The notes under the pieces: generated by a model
The model's database searches: none
The model's input: only the letters and a program-made list of their open reading frames with translations
What the model was told of the DNA's origin: nothing
Assembly (NCBI GenBank): GCA_041640595.1
Contig: JBEPZY010000001.1
Coordinates: 192,001 to 256,000 of the forward strand
Direction of reading: 5' to 3'
Source: Gemmatales bacterium
Lineage (GTDB): Bacteria; Planctomycetota; Planctomycetia; Gemmatales; HRBIN36
Length of the DNA: 64,000 bases
Part shown: in pieces, positions 37,670-48,667 of the stretch
How the letters are laid out: each line of letters opens with the position of its first letter
Numbering within the stretch: the first letter of the stretch is position 1
Program-made: the position numbers and the translations under genes

Positions 37670-40600
37670 TCAAGGGGTGCCGAGTTCTTCTTTGAGGCGG
37701 CGTTTGTGAATTTCCCGAAGAAGTTCGTTGATCTTTTCCTGAGCCTTGATGAGGTCACGGAGGATTTCGAGAGCCTTGGCGTACTCGATCAGTCCTTTGA
37801 TTTCCTGGATGATCTTCTGGAAGCGTTCGATGAGGAGATTCATCTGAAAAACGGCGGGATCGAAATCGGCTGGTCGAACATTTTGCCTTTGCGTGCGGAG
37901 ACGATCGGCCAGCAATCCGACGACCGTCTGCGCCTGGTCGAATGCTTCGCCGTCGCGTACCAGTTGTTCGAGCGGCCGGCAGATTTTCTCGTCCAGACGA
38001 TCCAGTTCTTTTTGCTGCACGCAGTTGAACCAGAGTTCTCGATGGATGAGTCGCAGATCGCGGATCACTTCCCGCTGCACCAGATCGCGACCGTCGCGCA
38101 CCTGCCGCTGGGCATCCTCGGTATCACGGGCAAACCGCAGGGCTAAATCTTCGCTGAGTTGCTCGGATTCCTGACGCATTTTGACAAGCTGGTCGCGGAC
38201 GGCAACCAGTTTGGCCAGTAAATTATCGCAGCGTTCGCGGATTTCCTCTTCCCGCCGTGAAACATCAATCAGCAGGTCGTTTTCCGTGACCACGTTGAAT
38301 TCAAAGGCAGCGTGATAATAACTGCGTTGCGGTTGCGAAACGAGACGGTCGCCCGCGGCAACGACCATGCGATTATCGGTAGCGGCCAGGCGCACCACGA
38401 GCCGATACGGTGGCGGCAACGGTAGCCGCATCATTTTCCCTTTCCGCTCCGGATCGGGGACTTCGATTTCCCGCGGTATCAGTTCTGTGAAGAGAAACTC
38501 ATCGGCTACGGTCAGGAATGGGGCGCCGATGGGACGGGTTTCATAACGGCACTCGTGTTCGATCACCTGTTCCAGAATGGGAGGCTGGGTGAGAGTCAGG
38601 GCACCAGTGTGGGGAAGCGTAAGCAACGTCGCTGCCGGCAAAGCCCAGCTTTTACCGAGTGTGCCAAGCGGCAAAGCGCGGGCAACGGTTCGCCCAGCCG
38701 CTCCTGCCCGGAACGTAATCGGTTGCGTCCAGCGAGCCAGAGTGTCGCCGCCGGGCCAGTCGAGCTGGTCGAGAGCAGGGGCAGGTAGAGCTGGACTGAA
38801 GGTACGCAAAGGCAAGCGTGTGGGTGGCCCCAGCGGTTTGCCGTCCGGTAAAATCACGCTGACCTCGTATTCCAGTTGCGTCAGGCCATGATCATCCCGC
38901 ACCAGAGCGCTGAAAGGAATGATCGCCCGGGGCGTAATGGCTTCCCGCCGCACTATTTCAAAGCTGGCGTACTGGAATTCCGGCTCTTTATCGGCAACCG
39001 GGACGATGGTAATCCGCCGGGTGTTGCGGATTCCTTCGGTGTCAGTGAAGCGGAAAACTAAGCGAAGCTCCTCGTTACCCAGCGGAGACAGACTCACGCG
39101 GAACTCGTCGCTGCCCGGCGAAAAGACAACCTGGCGCACGTAGGGATTGCGGCTCTCGTGGTGATAGGTTGCCAGGGCAGCGGTAGCGAAAACCCACGGG
39201 GCTGCAGAATGTCCCAGCAAGCTGGTGCCCAGACCGTGCGTGGCTATCGCAGCGTAAAGGTCCGCGGGGCGTTCTTCCTGCAAACCGATCTCCACCGATT
39301 CCAGTGTTTTGGTGGTCTGGCCCAGAAAAGTAATCTGCGACCCAATCGGGGCATCGAAACGTGATTCCTGACCGCTTTCGGTCGGCACCGAGATAGGTCC
39401 GCGGTTGACCCAATCGGTGGAACCGTGGAGATGCCCCGGTTCCAGTTGCCAGCGCCACAATTGCCGCAATGTCGGCAGTGGACGAACCTCGATATAGTAC
39501 CAGGGAGTAACCGCGTCTCCGGCGAAGACACGAAAACGTCGCGGCCTTTCGATGCGGCGAAACTCGTAGTGGTACTGGAAGCTGCCCGGGGAACGATTGA
39601 CTGGCAAACGTTCCAGCTGAGCACGCATTCGCCGGCGCTCTTCTTCGCTGAGAATGTCCTCATACTCGAGAGTGACTTGCTCGTAGAGCCGCAACCGGCG
39701 GAAATAGATGCGTCGCCCCCAATGGCGCTGGTCGGCACGGCGTTGTAATTCGGTGAACAATTCGCCCAGTTGAGCATTGACGGCACGACCCAACGCCAGC
39801 AGGGGAGGTTGTTCCAGCAGACTTTGCAGGTGGCGTTCGAGTTCCGCAGCCGGGAACGCTTGCCAGGATTCCGGCAGGTCACGCCACTCGGCCGCTGTCC
39901 AGGTGAGCGGCGGGGTGTGGGCTGCCCATCCGGTGATCCAGGCGAGCTGTTGCAGGGTGGAGCTACCCAGTTGCGGAACCGGAACGGGGCTCAAGCTGGT
40001 CAGCAGGGCCAGAGCAGCTTCGTCGGTGGTGGCGACCGGACGCCGCAGCAGTTGCAAACGCCGACGGATTTCTTCTCCGCTTATCCGTCGCGCCAGGCGC
40101 AAATGGTCGCGGATTTCCCCCAGCGACCAATCGCGCCACGCTTCCGGTAGCCATCGAGCCAGTTCATCGTCGAAACGCACCAGCGAGCGTTCCGTTTCGG
40201 TGGCGGCCAGAAGTCGCTGTTCCACTCGCGGAAGTAAGTAGTCCACCGCGGCGCGGCCAAGTTCGACAAGATGTTCCAGAGCTTCCGCACGCAACTGCTG
40301 CGCGGACATAGCCTGATGGCGAGCCTCGATTTCATCGAGCGTCAGGCTCTGCCAGTGTAACGGCAAAATGGCCCGCAATTGCGGTGGAGCCACACTGGGT
40401 TGCAATTCCCAGAATCTTCGCCGTTCTCGTGCCCACCAGGCCGCGGGCGAAGCAGAATCCTCAACCGATGGTTGCTCGGTCTCTTCCGGGGGAAAGAGAT
40501 CGTCCCAGGTAGCCGGTCGCCAGCCGCTCGGATGTTCGGGATGGTCGGTGCGGACAACGTTGACCCGAGCGAGGATACGGATGGGCATTTCGCCACCGCT

Positions 40601-41308
40601 GGGAACACCTCGCGTCGGATGCTTTTCAAAGTCGGGCAGCACGAGGAGCACCTGCACAGGCCAGTGCCGCGACTGCCACAAAACGTTGCGTTCCCACCAG
40701 GTCGCTACCCATTCGGTGGCGAAATAGCCGACCGCCAGCGTGGCCAGCCAGGCTCCCAGCATGACCAGCCCCAGACGTGCCAGCCAGGGCCAGTTGAACA
40801 CTTCCCGAACGGGCAACTGCTGCAGACGTTGCTCAGCGCTCTCGGCGGTGTATTCGACGAGCATGTAGGAGTAACCGTAACGCCGAGCCAGCTGGGGATC
40901 GGCCAGTTCCACCGCGGTTACCAATCGCTCTTCCAGCAAATGCGGGAATCGCCGTTCCAGCACCAGTGCCAGCGTCTCCGGCCGAAATGCCACTACCAAC
41001 CGATACAGCAGGCGATAACCGATCAGGTAAGAGACCGCACCCAGTAGCAATGCCCACCAGAAAATCCGGAATACGGCAGCACCGACAGTCGCACTGTCGC
41101 GGACGTAATCCAGTCCAAGCAGCCAGAACAAGCCATAATCCACCAAAAACGACGCCCAGAACCATACCGCCACGGCCATCGCCAGCTGGAGCACAACTTC
41201 CAGCACGATGAATCGGCGAATCCCCCGGCGCACCTGTAGCAGAGGTTGCCGCAATTTCGGCCGTTGTTGCAATAACACCGATTCCGGCGACGCAGGTAGG
41301 GTAGCCAT
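37670..41308 (-). CDS. Large membrane protein of the MoxR/vWA operon (N-terminal TMs, Ig-like middle, helical C-terminus)
   Basis: LALVLERRFP.LEERLVTAVEL, DDHGL and ATDN motifs. Last gene of the operon. Confidence 0.7.
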   Translation of the reverse strand: MATLPASPESVLLQQRPKLRQPLLQVRRGIRRFIVLEVVLQLAMAVAVWFWASFLVDYGLFWLLGLDYVRDSATVGAAVFRIFWWALLLGAVSYLIGYRLLYRLVVAFRPETLALVLERRFPHLLEERLVTAVELADPQLARRYGYSYMLVEYTAESAEQRLQQLPVREVFNWPWLARLGLVMLGAWLATLAVGYFATEWVATWWERNVLWQSRHWPVQVLLVLPDFEKHPTRGVPSGGEMPIRILARVNVVRTDHPEHPSGWRPATWDDLFPPEETEQPSVEDSASPAAWWARERRRFWELQPSVAPPQLRAILPLHWQSLTLDEIEARHQAMSAQQLRAEALEHLVELGRAAVDYLLPRVEQRLLAATETERSLVRFDDELARWLPEAWRDWSLGEIRDHLRLARRISGEEIRRRLQLLRRPVATTDEAALALLTSLSPVPVPQLGSSTLQQLAWITGWAAHTPPLTWTAAEWRDLPESWQAFPAAELERHLQSLLEQPPLLALGRAVNAQLGELFTELQRRADQRHWGRRIYFRRLRLYEQVTLEYEDILSEEERRRMRAQLERLPVNRSPGSFQYHYEFRRIERPRRFRVFAGDAVTPWYYIEVRPLPTLRQLWRWQLEPGHLHGSTDWVNRGPISVPTESGQESRFDAPIGSQITFLGQTTKTLESVEIGLQEERPADLYAAIATHGLGTSLLGHSAAPWVFATAALATYHHESRNPYVRQVVFSPGSDEFRVSLSPLGNEELRLVFRFTDTEGIRNTRRITIVPVADKEPEFQYASFEIVRREAITPRAIIPFSALVRDDHGLTQLEYEVSVILPDGKPLGPPTRLPLRTFSPALPAPALDQLDWPGGDTLARWTQPITFRAGAAGRTVARALPLGTLGKSWALPAATLLTLPHTGALTLTQPPILEQVIEHECRYETRPIGAPFLTVADEFLFTELIPREIEVPDPERKGKMMRLPLPPPYRLVVRLAATDNRMVVAAGDRLVSQPQRSYYHAAFEFNVVTENDLLIDVSRREEEIRERCDNLLAKLVAVRDQLVKMRQESEQLSEDLALRFARDTEDAQRQVRDGRDLVQREVIRDLRLIHRELWFNCVQQKELDRLDEKICRPLEQLVRDGEAFDQAQTVVGLLADRLRTQRQNVRPADFDPAVFQMNLLIERFQKIIQEIKGLIEYAKALEILRDLIKAQEKINELLREIHKRRLKEELGTP

Positions 41309-41429
41309 ATTCGTTCACCAAAAAGCTCAGGGTTTTACTGGGCCGCACGTTTCATCTCAGATGCGGCCGATAATTTCGCGGGTGTGGTGTGCAGCGTTTC
41401 CTGCCCCGATTTCCACCCGTCCTCGCAGC

Positions 41430-41646
41430 AATGTAGCCAGCCTGGCTTAGTAGCCTTATCGGACACACACTGCGATTCGCCGATTGTTGCCGGTAATGCA
41501 GCCAGCCTGGCTTGGGGGAGCGTCTTGATTGGGGACGGTCGGGTAATTTGCCGCGTCAGATTTCGTATATTGGTTGCGCAGCAGACGCGGGTCCAGCCGC
41601 AAGTTGAATGGCCAGGTAATTTGCCGCGTCAGGTTTAGTATTTTGC
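41430..41646. repeat. Two pairs of short direct repeats inside the operon
   Basis: aatg(t/c)agccagcctggctt at 41430 and 41495. ggtaatttgccgcgtcag... (~32 nt) at 41542 and 41615. Confidence 0.7.
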
Positions 41647-41677
41647 CAAGCGTGGAGAGTCGCAGTCTGCCTGATGC

Positions 41678-44600
41678 TCAGGCGAGGCGCAACAGTTTGC
41701 GTGTCAGCCATTCCGCGGAAAGCAAAGTTACGACCACCACCAGTGCCCAGGGCGGACCCTGCGTGTGGTGCGGTTGCTCAGCGGGTTGCCAGAGCGATGC
41801 CAGGTAAAACCACAGATAATCGAAGCCCTTATCCCAGACGTCCTGGACCCGGCCTTCAGCGCGGGTTTCGGCCACGATCGATTCGAGTGCTTCGGGAATG
41901 GTGCCGGCGTCCGGCAACAGGAGGAACAACCGGCGGGTTTCGTTCTCCGGAGAGAGTTCGGTTGTTCCGGTCTGGCGAATCTGCTGCCGCATCGCCTGTT
42001 CGGCACGTTCAAGGGCGACAAAAAGCGATGCCTGGCGTCGCGCTGATTCGCTCAGTTCGCTGGCTGGGCTGGCCAGACGGTGTAAAGCCGCGTAGTCGGG
42101 ACGGGTGAAATCGCGCTCGGGATCACTGCGTTCGACCACGCAATCTCCTTCGAGCACGTCAATCGCACCCGGGATGGGTACCTGCACGCGATAACGCCCA
42201 GCCCGCAGGATTTGCACTCTTCCGATAAACCAGCCCGGTCGGCCAGGATCGGGTTGCATCGGTATTCCCCGCACCCACTCGGCCGGTACTTCGCCGCTAT
42301 CACTGCTGAGCGGTTTGACCCGCAGCAATACGCTGACGTTGCCACTGAGCGGTCGCATTTCCGCATCGTAAAGCTGAGCCTCCACCTGCACGACATCGCC
42401 TTCGGTGTAGCGGCTGCCAACCACCAGTAACCCGCGCCGGGTGCCGCGACTGGGATCGCCTTTGCCCATATAGCGAATGAGCTTTGTCCAGAACCGCTCG
42501 TAATAGCGCTCCTGAAAGGCACGCAGTCGCCAGATTTCCGGAGAACCGATATAGAAGACCGGCCCTTTACCGAGCCGATGCATGACGAAAAATGGCTGCA
42601 ACTGGCCGGGCTGGGGACCGTCAGGGCTGGTCAGGTAGCGTGGGTCGGGATCGCCGTAACGGGCCAGGACACTGGCGGCGCCTTTCACTTCCAGAACGGG
42701 AGCGAAGCTGTAAAAGCCACGCCGACTCGGTTCCAGAGCCCGACCCTGAGCCGAACGGCGGCGCTCGCCGGGTTTTGGTGTCTCGGTTTCCTGCCAGAAA
42801 AATTGCTCCCAGGCTTCCCGCCAGGTGTCGGGTAACTGACTGGTTTCCTGATCGTCGAGCAGGTTGAAAAACGGCATCTGTCCGGCCGCGGGTTCCCAAT
42901 TGACCGCCCAGGGTTCGCGGGCAGAGCGGTCGAGGATTTGCACCGACAACCGCGTGTTATCCAGCACCACCGGAAGCAGGAAGCGAATCGCCTCCAGTTC
43001 TTTGTCCCGGGCCACGTGAAAAGTGAAGATAGGCCCGGCCACGTAGATGAAGCCGCCGGCAAATTCCGTCACCCATCGCTTCAAATTTTCCAGCGAGCCA
43101 GCCGGAACACGCCGCCAATCCAAATCGAGGGCCACCACCACGTCATAATTGCCGAGATTGTAAGGGTCATCGTCGCGGTCACGCAAACTGTCCGGGAAAG
43201 CCGTCAGCAATCGCCTCGGGTCAACGTCTTGCACACTTTCCCGACCGGCGGATTGCAGGTAAATGGAAAGGTCGAATTTCTCCTGCTCCCGAACCAGCAG
43301 GGTACGCAGGAATTGATACTCACGCATCGGGGAACTGGCACAGAGCAGGACGTTGAGCTTTTTCTCTTCGACCTGCACCTGCACCGGCTTTTCGGACAGG
43401 TTGTCGGCGTGAGCACGTTCCCCTGGCAGGGGTTGCACGCGTGCCCAGAAGCGAAAGGTTCCCTGCAATTTTTCGGCGTTGCGGTAAACGAATTGCTCGG
43501 ATGCCAGGGCCAGCCGACCGGCAGTTGCCTGGAGTCGCACTTCCTTTTTTTCCAGCACTTCGGGGCTTTCCTGACCGGGCTTCTGCACCAGCAGGGTCAC
43601 CTGCACCGGTGTGCCAGGCGGAATGTTCTCCCCTTCGACAACAAAGCGCAGCGGAAATTCATCCTCCGGCTGGACGCGAGTCGGGCCGACAAAATCCACC
43701 AGCCGCAAGTTGCTCGTCTCCTGGTGAGCACCCACCGCGACCGTAAAAACTGGAATGCCCGACTTTTTCGCCTCCTCCAGAGCCTGCGTCATTTCCTGGG
43801 ACGAGCCGGCGTTGAATCGGCCGTCGCTGAAAATAATGACCCCTTTCAGCAGGTTGTTGGCTTCGCGGCGGATGACATCCACCAGGGCGCCGCTGGCATT
43901 GGTTCGATTGGGCAATGCCTGCTCCGCATCGCGGAGATCGCCGAGGGTTAGTTCGAGGCTCCGCAGCAATTCGGCACGACGACGCTCTCGGACTTCCGGT
44001 TCCGCACTGTCCAGGCTCACCAGTTGCGAGGCTGTTTTTTGCACCTGTTCCAGCACAGAAACCGGAATCGGGGTGGCCAGGTTTTGCGGTTGACCCACTT
44101 GCAGGAATGGCTGCAACTTCTCCCGCACAAATTGCCCCAGTTGTTCCCGAATCTCCTGCTGCACTTCGGCGGGCAAATCTTCCCAGCGTTCCGCTCGGGC
44201 CTGGGCTAACCGCTCGCGCAGAGAAGGCAGATTCAACGTGGTCTGCGTATCCAGTCGGGCTCCGAAACGGTAACAGACCACCGGGTTTTTAGCCAGTACG
44301 CGGGGCAGAAAGTCGGGGGTAAGCGGGCTACCGGCCGTGTCGGGCGATTGCGGATCCAGCCAGCGTAACAGCAATTCCTGCCGGGTGGGACGCGGCGTGT
44401 GCGGGTCTTCGGTGGGCGGAACATCGCTCACATGCATGCTCTGCGAGACGTCGAACAGCAAGACAATCCGGGAATGCCGCTCGCGTACCTCCACTTCGCG
44501 AATGGCCGGTAAGAGCCACACGAAAAACACCACCAGGATCGTCAGCATCCGCAACGCGGCCAGGAACAAAGCCCAGGGCTGGCCCACCGTCAGTCCTTCG

Positions 44601-44785
44601 CGGCGATACCAGCGAAAGACAAACACTGCCGCGACCAGCACCAGCACCACGCCCAGCCCGATGAGCAGGCCCGGCGTCATCCATTCCAGGCCCGGAATCT
44701 CACTCACCGGTCGGCCAAAAAGTTCCGGTGGGTCAGTCCAGCGACGAAGAATATGCTCGGTGGTGATCTGGGCGTCGGTTGACAT
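41678..44785 (-). CDS. Membrane-bound vWA-domain protein with GATase-like domain
   Basis: MIDAS-like DVSQSM, FSDGRFN, YDVVV..D, GGFIY.AG and C-terminal TM EWLTRKLLRLA. Confidence 0.8.
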   Translation of the reverse strand: MSTDAQITTEHILRRWTDPPELFGRPVSEIPGLEWMTPGLLIGLGVVLVLVAAVFVFRWYRREGLTVGQPWALFLAALRMLTILVVFFVWLLPAIREVEVRERHSRIVLLFDVSQSMHVSDVPPTEDPHTPRPTRQELLLRWLDPQSPDTAGSPLTPDFLPRVLAKNPVVCYRFGARLDTQTTLNLPSLRERLAQARAERWEDLPAEVQQEIREQLGQFVREKLQPFLQVGQPQNLATPIPVSVLEQVQKTASQLVSLDSAEPEVRERRRAELLRSLELTLGDLRDAEQALPNRTNASGALVDVIRREANNLLKGVIIFSDGRFNAGSSQEMTQALEEAKKSGIPVFTVAVGAHQETSNLRLVDFVGPTRVQPEDEFPLRFVVEGENIPPGTPVQVTLLVQKPGQESPEVLEKKEVRLQATAGRLALASEQFVYRNAEKLQGTFRFWARVQPLPGERAHADNLSEKPVQVQVEEKKLNVLLCASSPMREYQFLRTLLVREQEKFDLSIYLQSAGRESVQDVDPRRLLTAFPDSLRDRDDDPYNLGNYDVVVALDLDWRRVPAGSLENLKRWVTEFAGGFIYVAGPIFTFHVARDKELEAIRFLLPVVLDNTRLSVQILDRSAREPWAVNWEPAAGQMPFFNLLDDQETSQLPDTWREAWEQFFWQETETPKPGERRRSAQGRALEPSRRGFYSFAPVLEVKGAASVLARYGDPDPRYLTSPDGPQPGQLQPFFVMHRLGKGPVFYIGSPEIWRLRAFQERYYERFWTKLIRYMGKGDPSRGTRRGLLVVGSRYTEGDVVQVEAQLYDAEMRPLSGNVSVLLRVKPLSSDSGEVPAEWVRGIPMQPDPGRPGWFIGRVQILRAGRYRVQVPIPGAIDVLEGDCVVERSDPERDFTRPDYAALHRLASPASELSESARRQASLFVALERAEQAMRQQIRQTGTTELSPENETRRLFLLLPDAGTIPEALESIVAETRAEGRVQDVWDKGFDYLWFYLASLWQPAEQPHHTQGPPWALVVVVTLLSAEWLTRKLLRLA

Positions 44786-44791
44786 GGCGGT

Positions 44792-47722
44792 TTAGCTCGC
44801 ACTTACTGTAGCCGGTTCCGCACTGGGCATCGCCGTGGAAATCAGGCGAGCTGCAGGCGGAGGTTGCAGCCCTTTTTCTCCAGCCGGGATATGGTGGCTG
44901 AATTTCATCGCCAAAAATTGTTCCAGCGCCAGTAGCCCCAGAAGGGCCAGCAGGACCCACGAATAATCAGACCAGGAGCGTGTCCGCAGAAATTCCTGCG
45001 GGGGAGGAGCGGACTCGGTCAGGAGAGGCGACCGGCTGACGATCTGCTGGGCTTCGGCGAAAGCCATCCGCTGTTCCCCTTCCGTCAAAGCGCGCAGCCA
45101 TTGTTGATGCAAATCGGCACTGGCCACGCGACGCAGGTCCGCTTCCTCGCGGCAATCGGGGTTGAAAGCCAGGATGCGGGATTCTGGTTCCCCTTTGGGA
45201 GTGATTCCTTCTCCCGGTTCGTTGAGGCGGAGCAGGTAGAATCCTGCTAGCTGCGGATGCAACCGGAAAACTACCTCGTCGCCCTGTTCCACGCCGCTGA
45301 TGGAACCGAGTGGCTGACTTTCTTCGCGCGGTTTACCTTCCGGCCAGTAATAGAGTTGCAGGCGTGGGGCATATTGCTCTTTGTCGAGGCGAAACTCGAC
45401 ACTGCGTTCCAGAAGCCGACTGCTCTCGGTCTGGCGTGCCTTGCGGGATTCGCCGGCCAGATAGCTTTGCAGAAACACCAGCATGGGAACGTAGCTGAAG
45501 AACAGCTCATTGCCCCAGTTGTTCCAGGAGTAATTGCGGCCAGGAATGGGCGTAGGATTGGCCGGAGTGAAAAACGCGACCACCGTTCCTCGCCGTTGTC
45601 CAGTTCCGACCTTGGCTTCCACGACCAGCGGGTCGCCTTCCAGGAGTTGCTGCTGGAATTTTTCCAACCGTTGCCGCAGTTCCTTGCGATCGGGACGTTT
45701 CCAGTATTCAGCAAGCTCTGGGTCGTTGAGCAAAGAGGAGACCGCTTCCAGAAGCGGTCCTTTTCGGCTGCGTTTGAGTTCAGCATCGGCGACCCAGTTG
45801 AGCATGCGCTGAGCGTAACTGGCGAGGACTGGTCGTTGCGGGGAGGTATCCTGGTTGAGAAGCTGCACCAGTTCCACCGTCTGCAAGCGAAATGCGGTCA
45901 ACGGCTCGCGGTTGGTCAGTTGCACCAGCACCTGCACATCCGGGCCCGGTTTCCATGTCGGGTCCACCTTGAAATAGCGGTTCACCTGCAGGTAACGGGC
46001 AAACTCTTCCAGCATTTCTTTGGGAAAGCTGAAGGCAGGATGCTGGGTTTGCAAAACCCGAACTTTCGGAGCGGTATCGTCCAGATCGGGCGGTTCGTCC
46101 ACGAAGGTGAGATTACTGGTGGGAACCGGTCGCAGTGCCAGCGGTGCCGGGAAAATGCCCTGCCCGTTGCGGTACAGAAATCGGTTGTAGAGGTCCACAT
46201 TCACGCGGTCGCCGAGAAAGAAAACGACGCTGCCACCTCGCCGCACATAGTTCTCCAGAGCCTTCAGGCTATCCTCGTCCAAGTCGGAAGGCCCGTTGCC
46301 CACCCCGGGAACGTTCAGCAAATAAACGACCGGATAATCATCGAGCTTACGGTTCTTGAGTTCGTTCGGCCGACACCGTTCCGCCCGCCAGCCCAGACGC
46401 CGACTTCCGCCAATAGCGCTGGCCACATATTCGCTGGGCGGTTTCGGGCTATCGATCTGGTGATCCGGGTCCACCAGCAGAACCGGTATATCTTTCCGCA
46501 ATTCGAGAAACAGATAGCGAACGTTGTCGGCGGGCAGATGATCGGGTTGCTGGCCGTCCTCGACATATACGGCAATCTGTTTCGGCCCCGGCGGGTCGGT
46601 CTCGTAAAAACGCATATCCAGGCGAACCGTACGCTCTTCGTAACTGCCGATGCGATCGACGGCCCGTGCGAACTCGTTTTTCTCCACGCCATCCACGCGA
46701 ACACCGACACGCAAGCCCGTGCGTTCTGTGGCACTGAAATTGCGCAGCGTCACCTCCAGGTCAAAGGGGACACCCGGTGCGATTACCTGAACGGGCACGG
46801 CACTGGCTGCTGTGCCTTCCTCGCGGCGTTGCTGAGCACGGGCGACCACGTGAACGATGGATAAGTTGGCGTGGCTGACCGGACGTTCCTGTGGATTGTC
46901 CGCCGTGCGGGTCGGGGCAGCCACATCGTACAGACGAATCCGTACCTCCTGACCGCGTGCCCAGTCTCCCAGCAGAGCCAGCACCGGTCGGAAACCTTCG
47001 TTATTCCAGTCCTGCTCGCGGAAATCGGTCACCAGGTGCAGGTACTTGTGGCCGCGTTTGATGCTGGCCAGGTAAGCGGCTATGCCGGGCGTATCAGACG
47101 AACCACGGAGCAGGGTCAACCAATCTTCTGGTTTGAGCCGCAATGCCGTGGGCGACGCCGCTTCCAATCGCGCAAGCATCCGCGACAACTCCTCGCTGGT
47201 CAGGAGCTGGCCAGGCAGTGCTTCCGCCAGCTGGGCATACGCCGGGCCGATCTCCGGCGTCTCCGGCTGGGATAGGCGGAACAGCGTTACGTAGTGGGCA
47301 CCGGGTGTGTCAAGGTAATCCCGCAACATCTGGGCGACTAATTCGGTAGCCCGGCGGAAAGCCGTCGGTCCGCCAATTGCCCGGGCATCTTCCAGATCCC
47401 GCATGCTCAGGCTATCGTCCAGCACGATGAAATGATAATGGGGCAATTCCTGACGCCGTGCCTGGGCCGCTTCTCCCATCCACCAGGTTGGCCGAACCAC
47501 CAGCGCCACCAGCACCAGCACTATCAGACAGCGGAGCATCAACAGAATAAGCTGTTCAATGAGAATGCGGCGGCGATTGCGCTGCTGCGATTTGAGCAAA
47601 AACTCCATCGCTGCCCAGGCAATCCGCCGGTACCGCATGCGGTTGATGAGGTGGATGATAATCGGGGAAGCGACTGCCGTGGCTCCCCACCAGTAGGCTG
47701 GATTGATGGCTTGTTCCCACAT
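44792..47722 (-). CDS. BatA-domain / vWA membrane protein
   Basis: PIIIHLINR.RYR.I.WAAMEFL...LLMLR (BatA N-terminus) and LDDSLSM (MIDAS). Confidence 0.85.
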   Translation of the reverse strand: MWEQAINPAYWWGATAVASPIIIHLINRMRYRRIAWAAMEFLLKSQQRNRRRILIEQLILLMLRCLIVLVLVALVVRPTWWMGEAAQARRQELPHYHFIVLDDSLSMRDLEDARAIGGPTAFRRATELVAQMLRDYLDTPGAHYVTLFRLSQPETPEIGPAYAQLAEALPGQLLTSEELSRMLARLEAASPTALRLKPEDWLTLLRGSSDTPGIAAYLASIKRGHKYLHLVTDFREQDWNNEGFRPVLALLGDWARGQEVRIRLYDVAAPTRTADNPQERPVSHANLSIVHVVARAQQRREEGTAASAVPVQVIAPGVPFDLEVTLRNFSATERTGLRVGVRVDGVEKNEFARAVDRIGSYEERTVRLDMRFYETDPPGPKQIAVYVEDGQQPDHLPADNVRYLFLELRKDIPVLLVDPDHQIDSPKPPSEYVASAIGGSRRLGWRAERCRPNELKNRKLDDYPVVYLLNVPGVGNGPSDLDEDSLKALENYVRRGGSVVFFLGDRVNVDLYNRFLYRNGQGIFPAPLALRPVPTSNLTFVDEPPDLDDTAPKVRVLQTQHPAFSFPKEMLEEFARYLQVNRYFKVDPTWKPGPDVQVLVQLTNREPLTAFRLQTVELVQLLNQDTSPQRPVLASYAQRMLNWVADAELKRSRKGPLLEAVSSLLNDPELAEYWKRPDRKELRQRLEKFQQQLLEGDPLVVEAKVGTGQRRGTVVAFFTPANPTPIPGRNYSWNNWGNELFFSYVPMLVFLQSYLAGESRKARQTESSRLLERSVEFRLDKEQYAPRLQLYYWPEGKPREESQPLGSISGVEQGDEVVFRLHPQLAGFYLLRLNEPGEGITPKGEPESRILAFNPDCREEADLRRVASADLHQQWLRALTEGEQRMAFAEAQQIVSRSPLLTESAPPPQEFLRTRSWSDYSWVLLALLGLLALEQFLAMKFSHHIPAGEKGLQPPPAARLISTAMPSAEPATVSAS

Positions 47723-47746
47723 GGCTGAGTGTTTCCTGCACCCCGA

Positions 47747-48667
47747 TTAGCCGCGACGCTGTTTGACGTTGGCCTTCAGCCGCATGCGCGTGTGGAGGAA
47801 GCGCGCCAGCACCGCGTCCACGTAATCACTGGTTTTGACCAGCATGTAATCAATACCCCGCCGCGTACAACCACGCCGCACTTCCAGCAGGTATTCGTTC
47901 AGAGCCTCCAGGTAACCGTCTCGCAGAGCCCGCGGGTCGCAAATCAGGTGGGGTTGCTCTTCCATCCCTTCAAATCGCGTCGTGCCGCTGAACGGGAAAA
48001 TCAACTCGTCGTCGTCGAGCACGTGGAAAACAAGAATGTCGTGCTGCCGGTGAATGAGCATTTCCAACCCGCGGAACAGCGGCGGTCGGTCTATCAGCAA
48101 ATCGGAAATGATCACAATCAGACCGCGACCAGTCATGGTCTCGGCTACGCGCCGCAGGATGCCTTCGATATTGGTCTTCTGGCGTGGTCGGCTGACATCC
48201 ATCGCCATCAGCAAGCGGTCGAGCTGCGCTTGTTGACTGCGGGGCGGAATAATCTGCCGCACACCTTCATCGAAGGTGACCAACCCGACGGCGTCCTGCT
48301 GACGCAGCAGCAAATACGCCAGACAGGCGGCGATGGTGCAGGCATATTCGTATTTGTTCAACGCACCGCGACCGTAGCGCATGGATTCACTGACATCCAG
48401 CACCAGCTGGCAACGCAGGTTGGTTTCCAGTTCGTACTGCTTGATGTAGAAGCGGTCGGTGCGCGACCAGACTTTCCAGTCGAGTCGGCGAACATCGTCG
48501 CCGGGAGCGTATTCACGATGCTGCACGAATTCCACACTCTGGCCGAGGAACGGACTGCGATGCCTGCCGGAGATAAAACCTTCCACCACCTGCCGGGCTC
48601 GCAAATCGAGCCGACTGATGCGGGCAATCGCTTTCGGATGCAAAAATCGGCGAGGATCGTCCGACAT
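47747..48667 (-). CDS. DUF58 domain protein
   Basis: G.HRSP..GQSVEF.QHREY.PGDD.RRLDWK and DVSESM motifs. Confidence 0.92.
   Translation of the reverse strand: MSDDPRRFLHPKAIARISRLDLRARQVVEGFISGRHRSPFLGQSVEFVQHREYAPGDDVRRLDWKVWSRTDRFYIKQYELETNLRCQLVLDVSESMRYGRGALNKYEYACTIAACLAYLLLRQQDAVGLVTFDEGVRQIIPPRSQQAQLDRLLMAMDVSRPRQKTNIEGILRRVAETMTGRGLIVIISDLLIDRPPLFRGLEMLIHRQHDILVFHVLDDDELIFPFSGTTRFEGMEEQPHLICDPRALRDGYLEALNEYLLEVRRGCTRRGIDYMLVKTSDYVDAVLARFLHTRMRLKANVKQRRG

Noticed and set aside
45257..46864. Long antisense ORFs (also 226-1596, 14192-15322, 25417-26472, 42938-43951, 47729-48883)
   Set aside because: Shadow frames opposite well-supported genes, as expected in GC-rich DNA, with no recognisable motifs.
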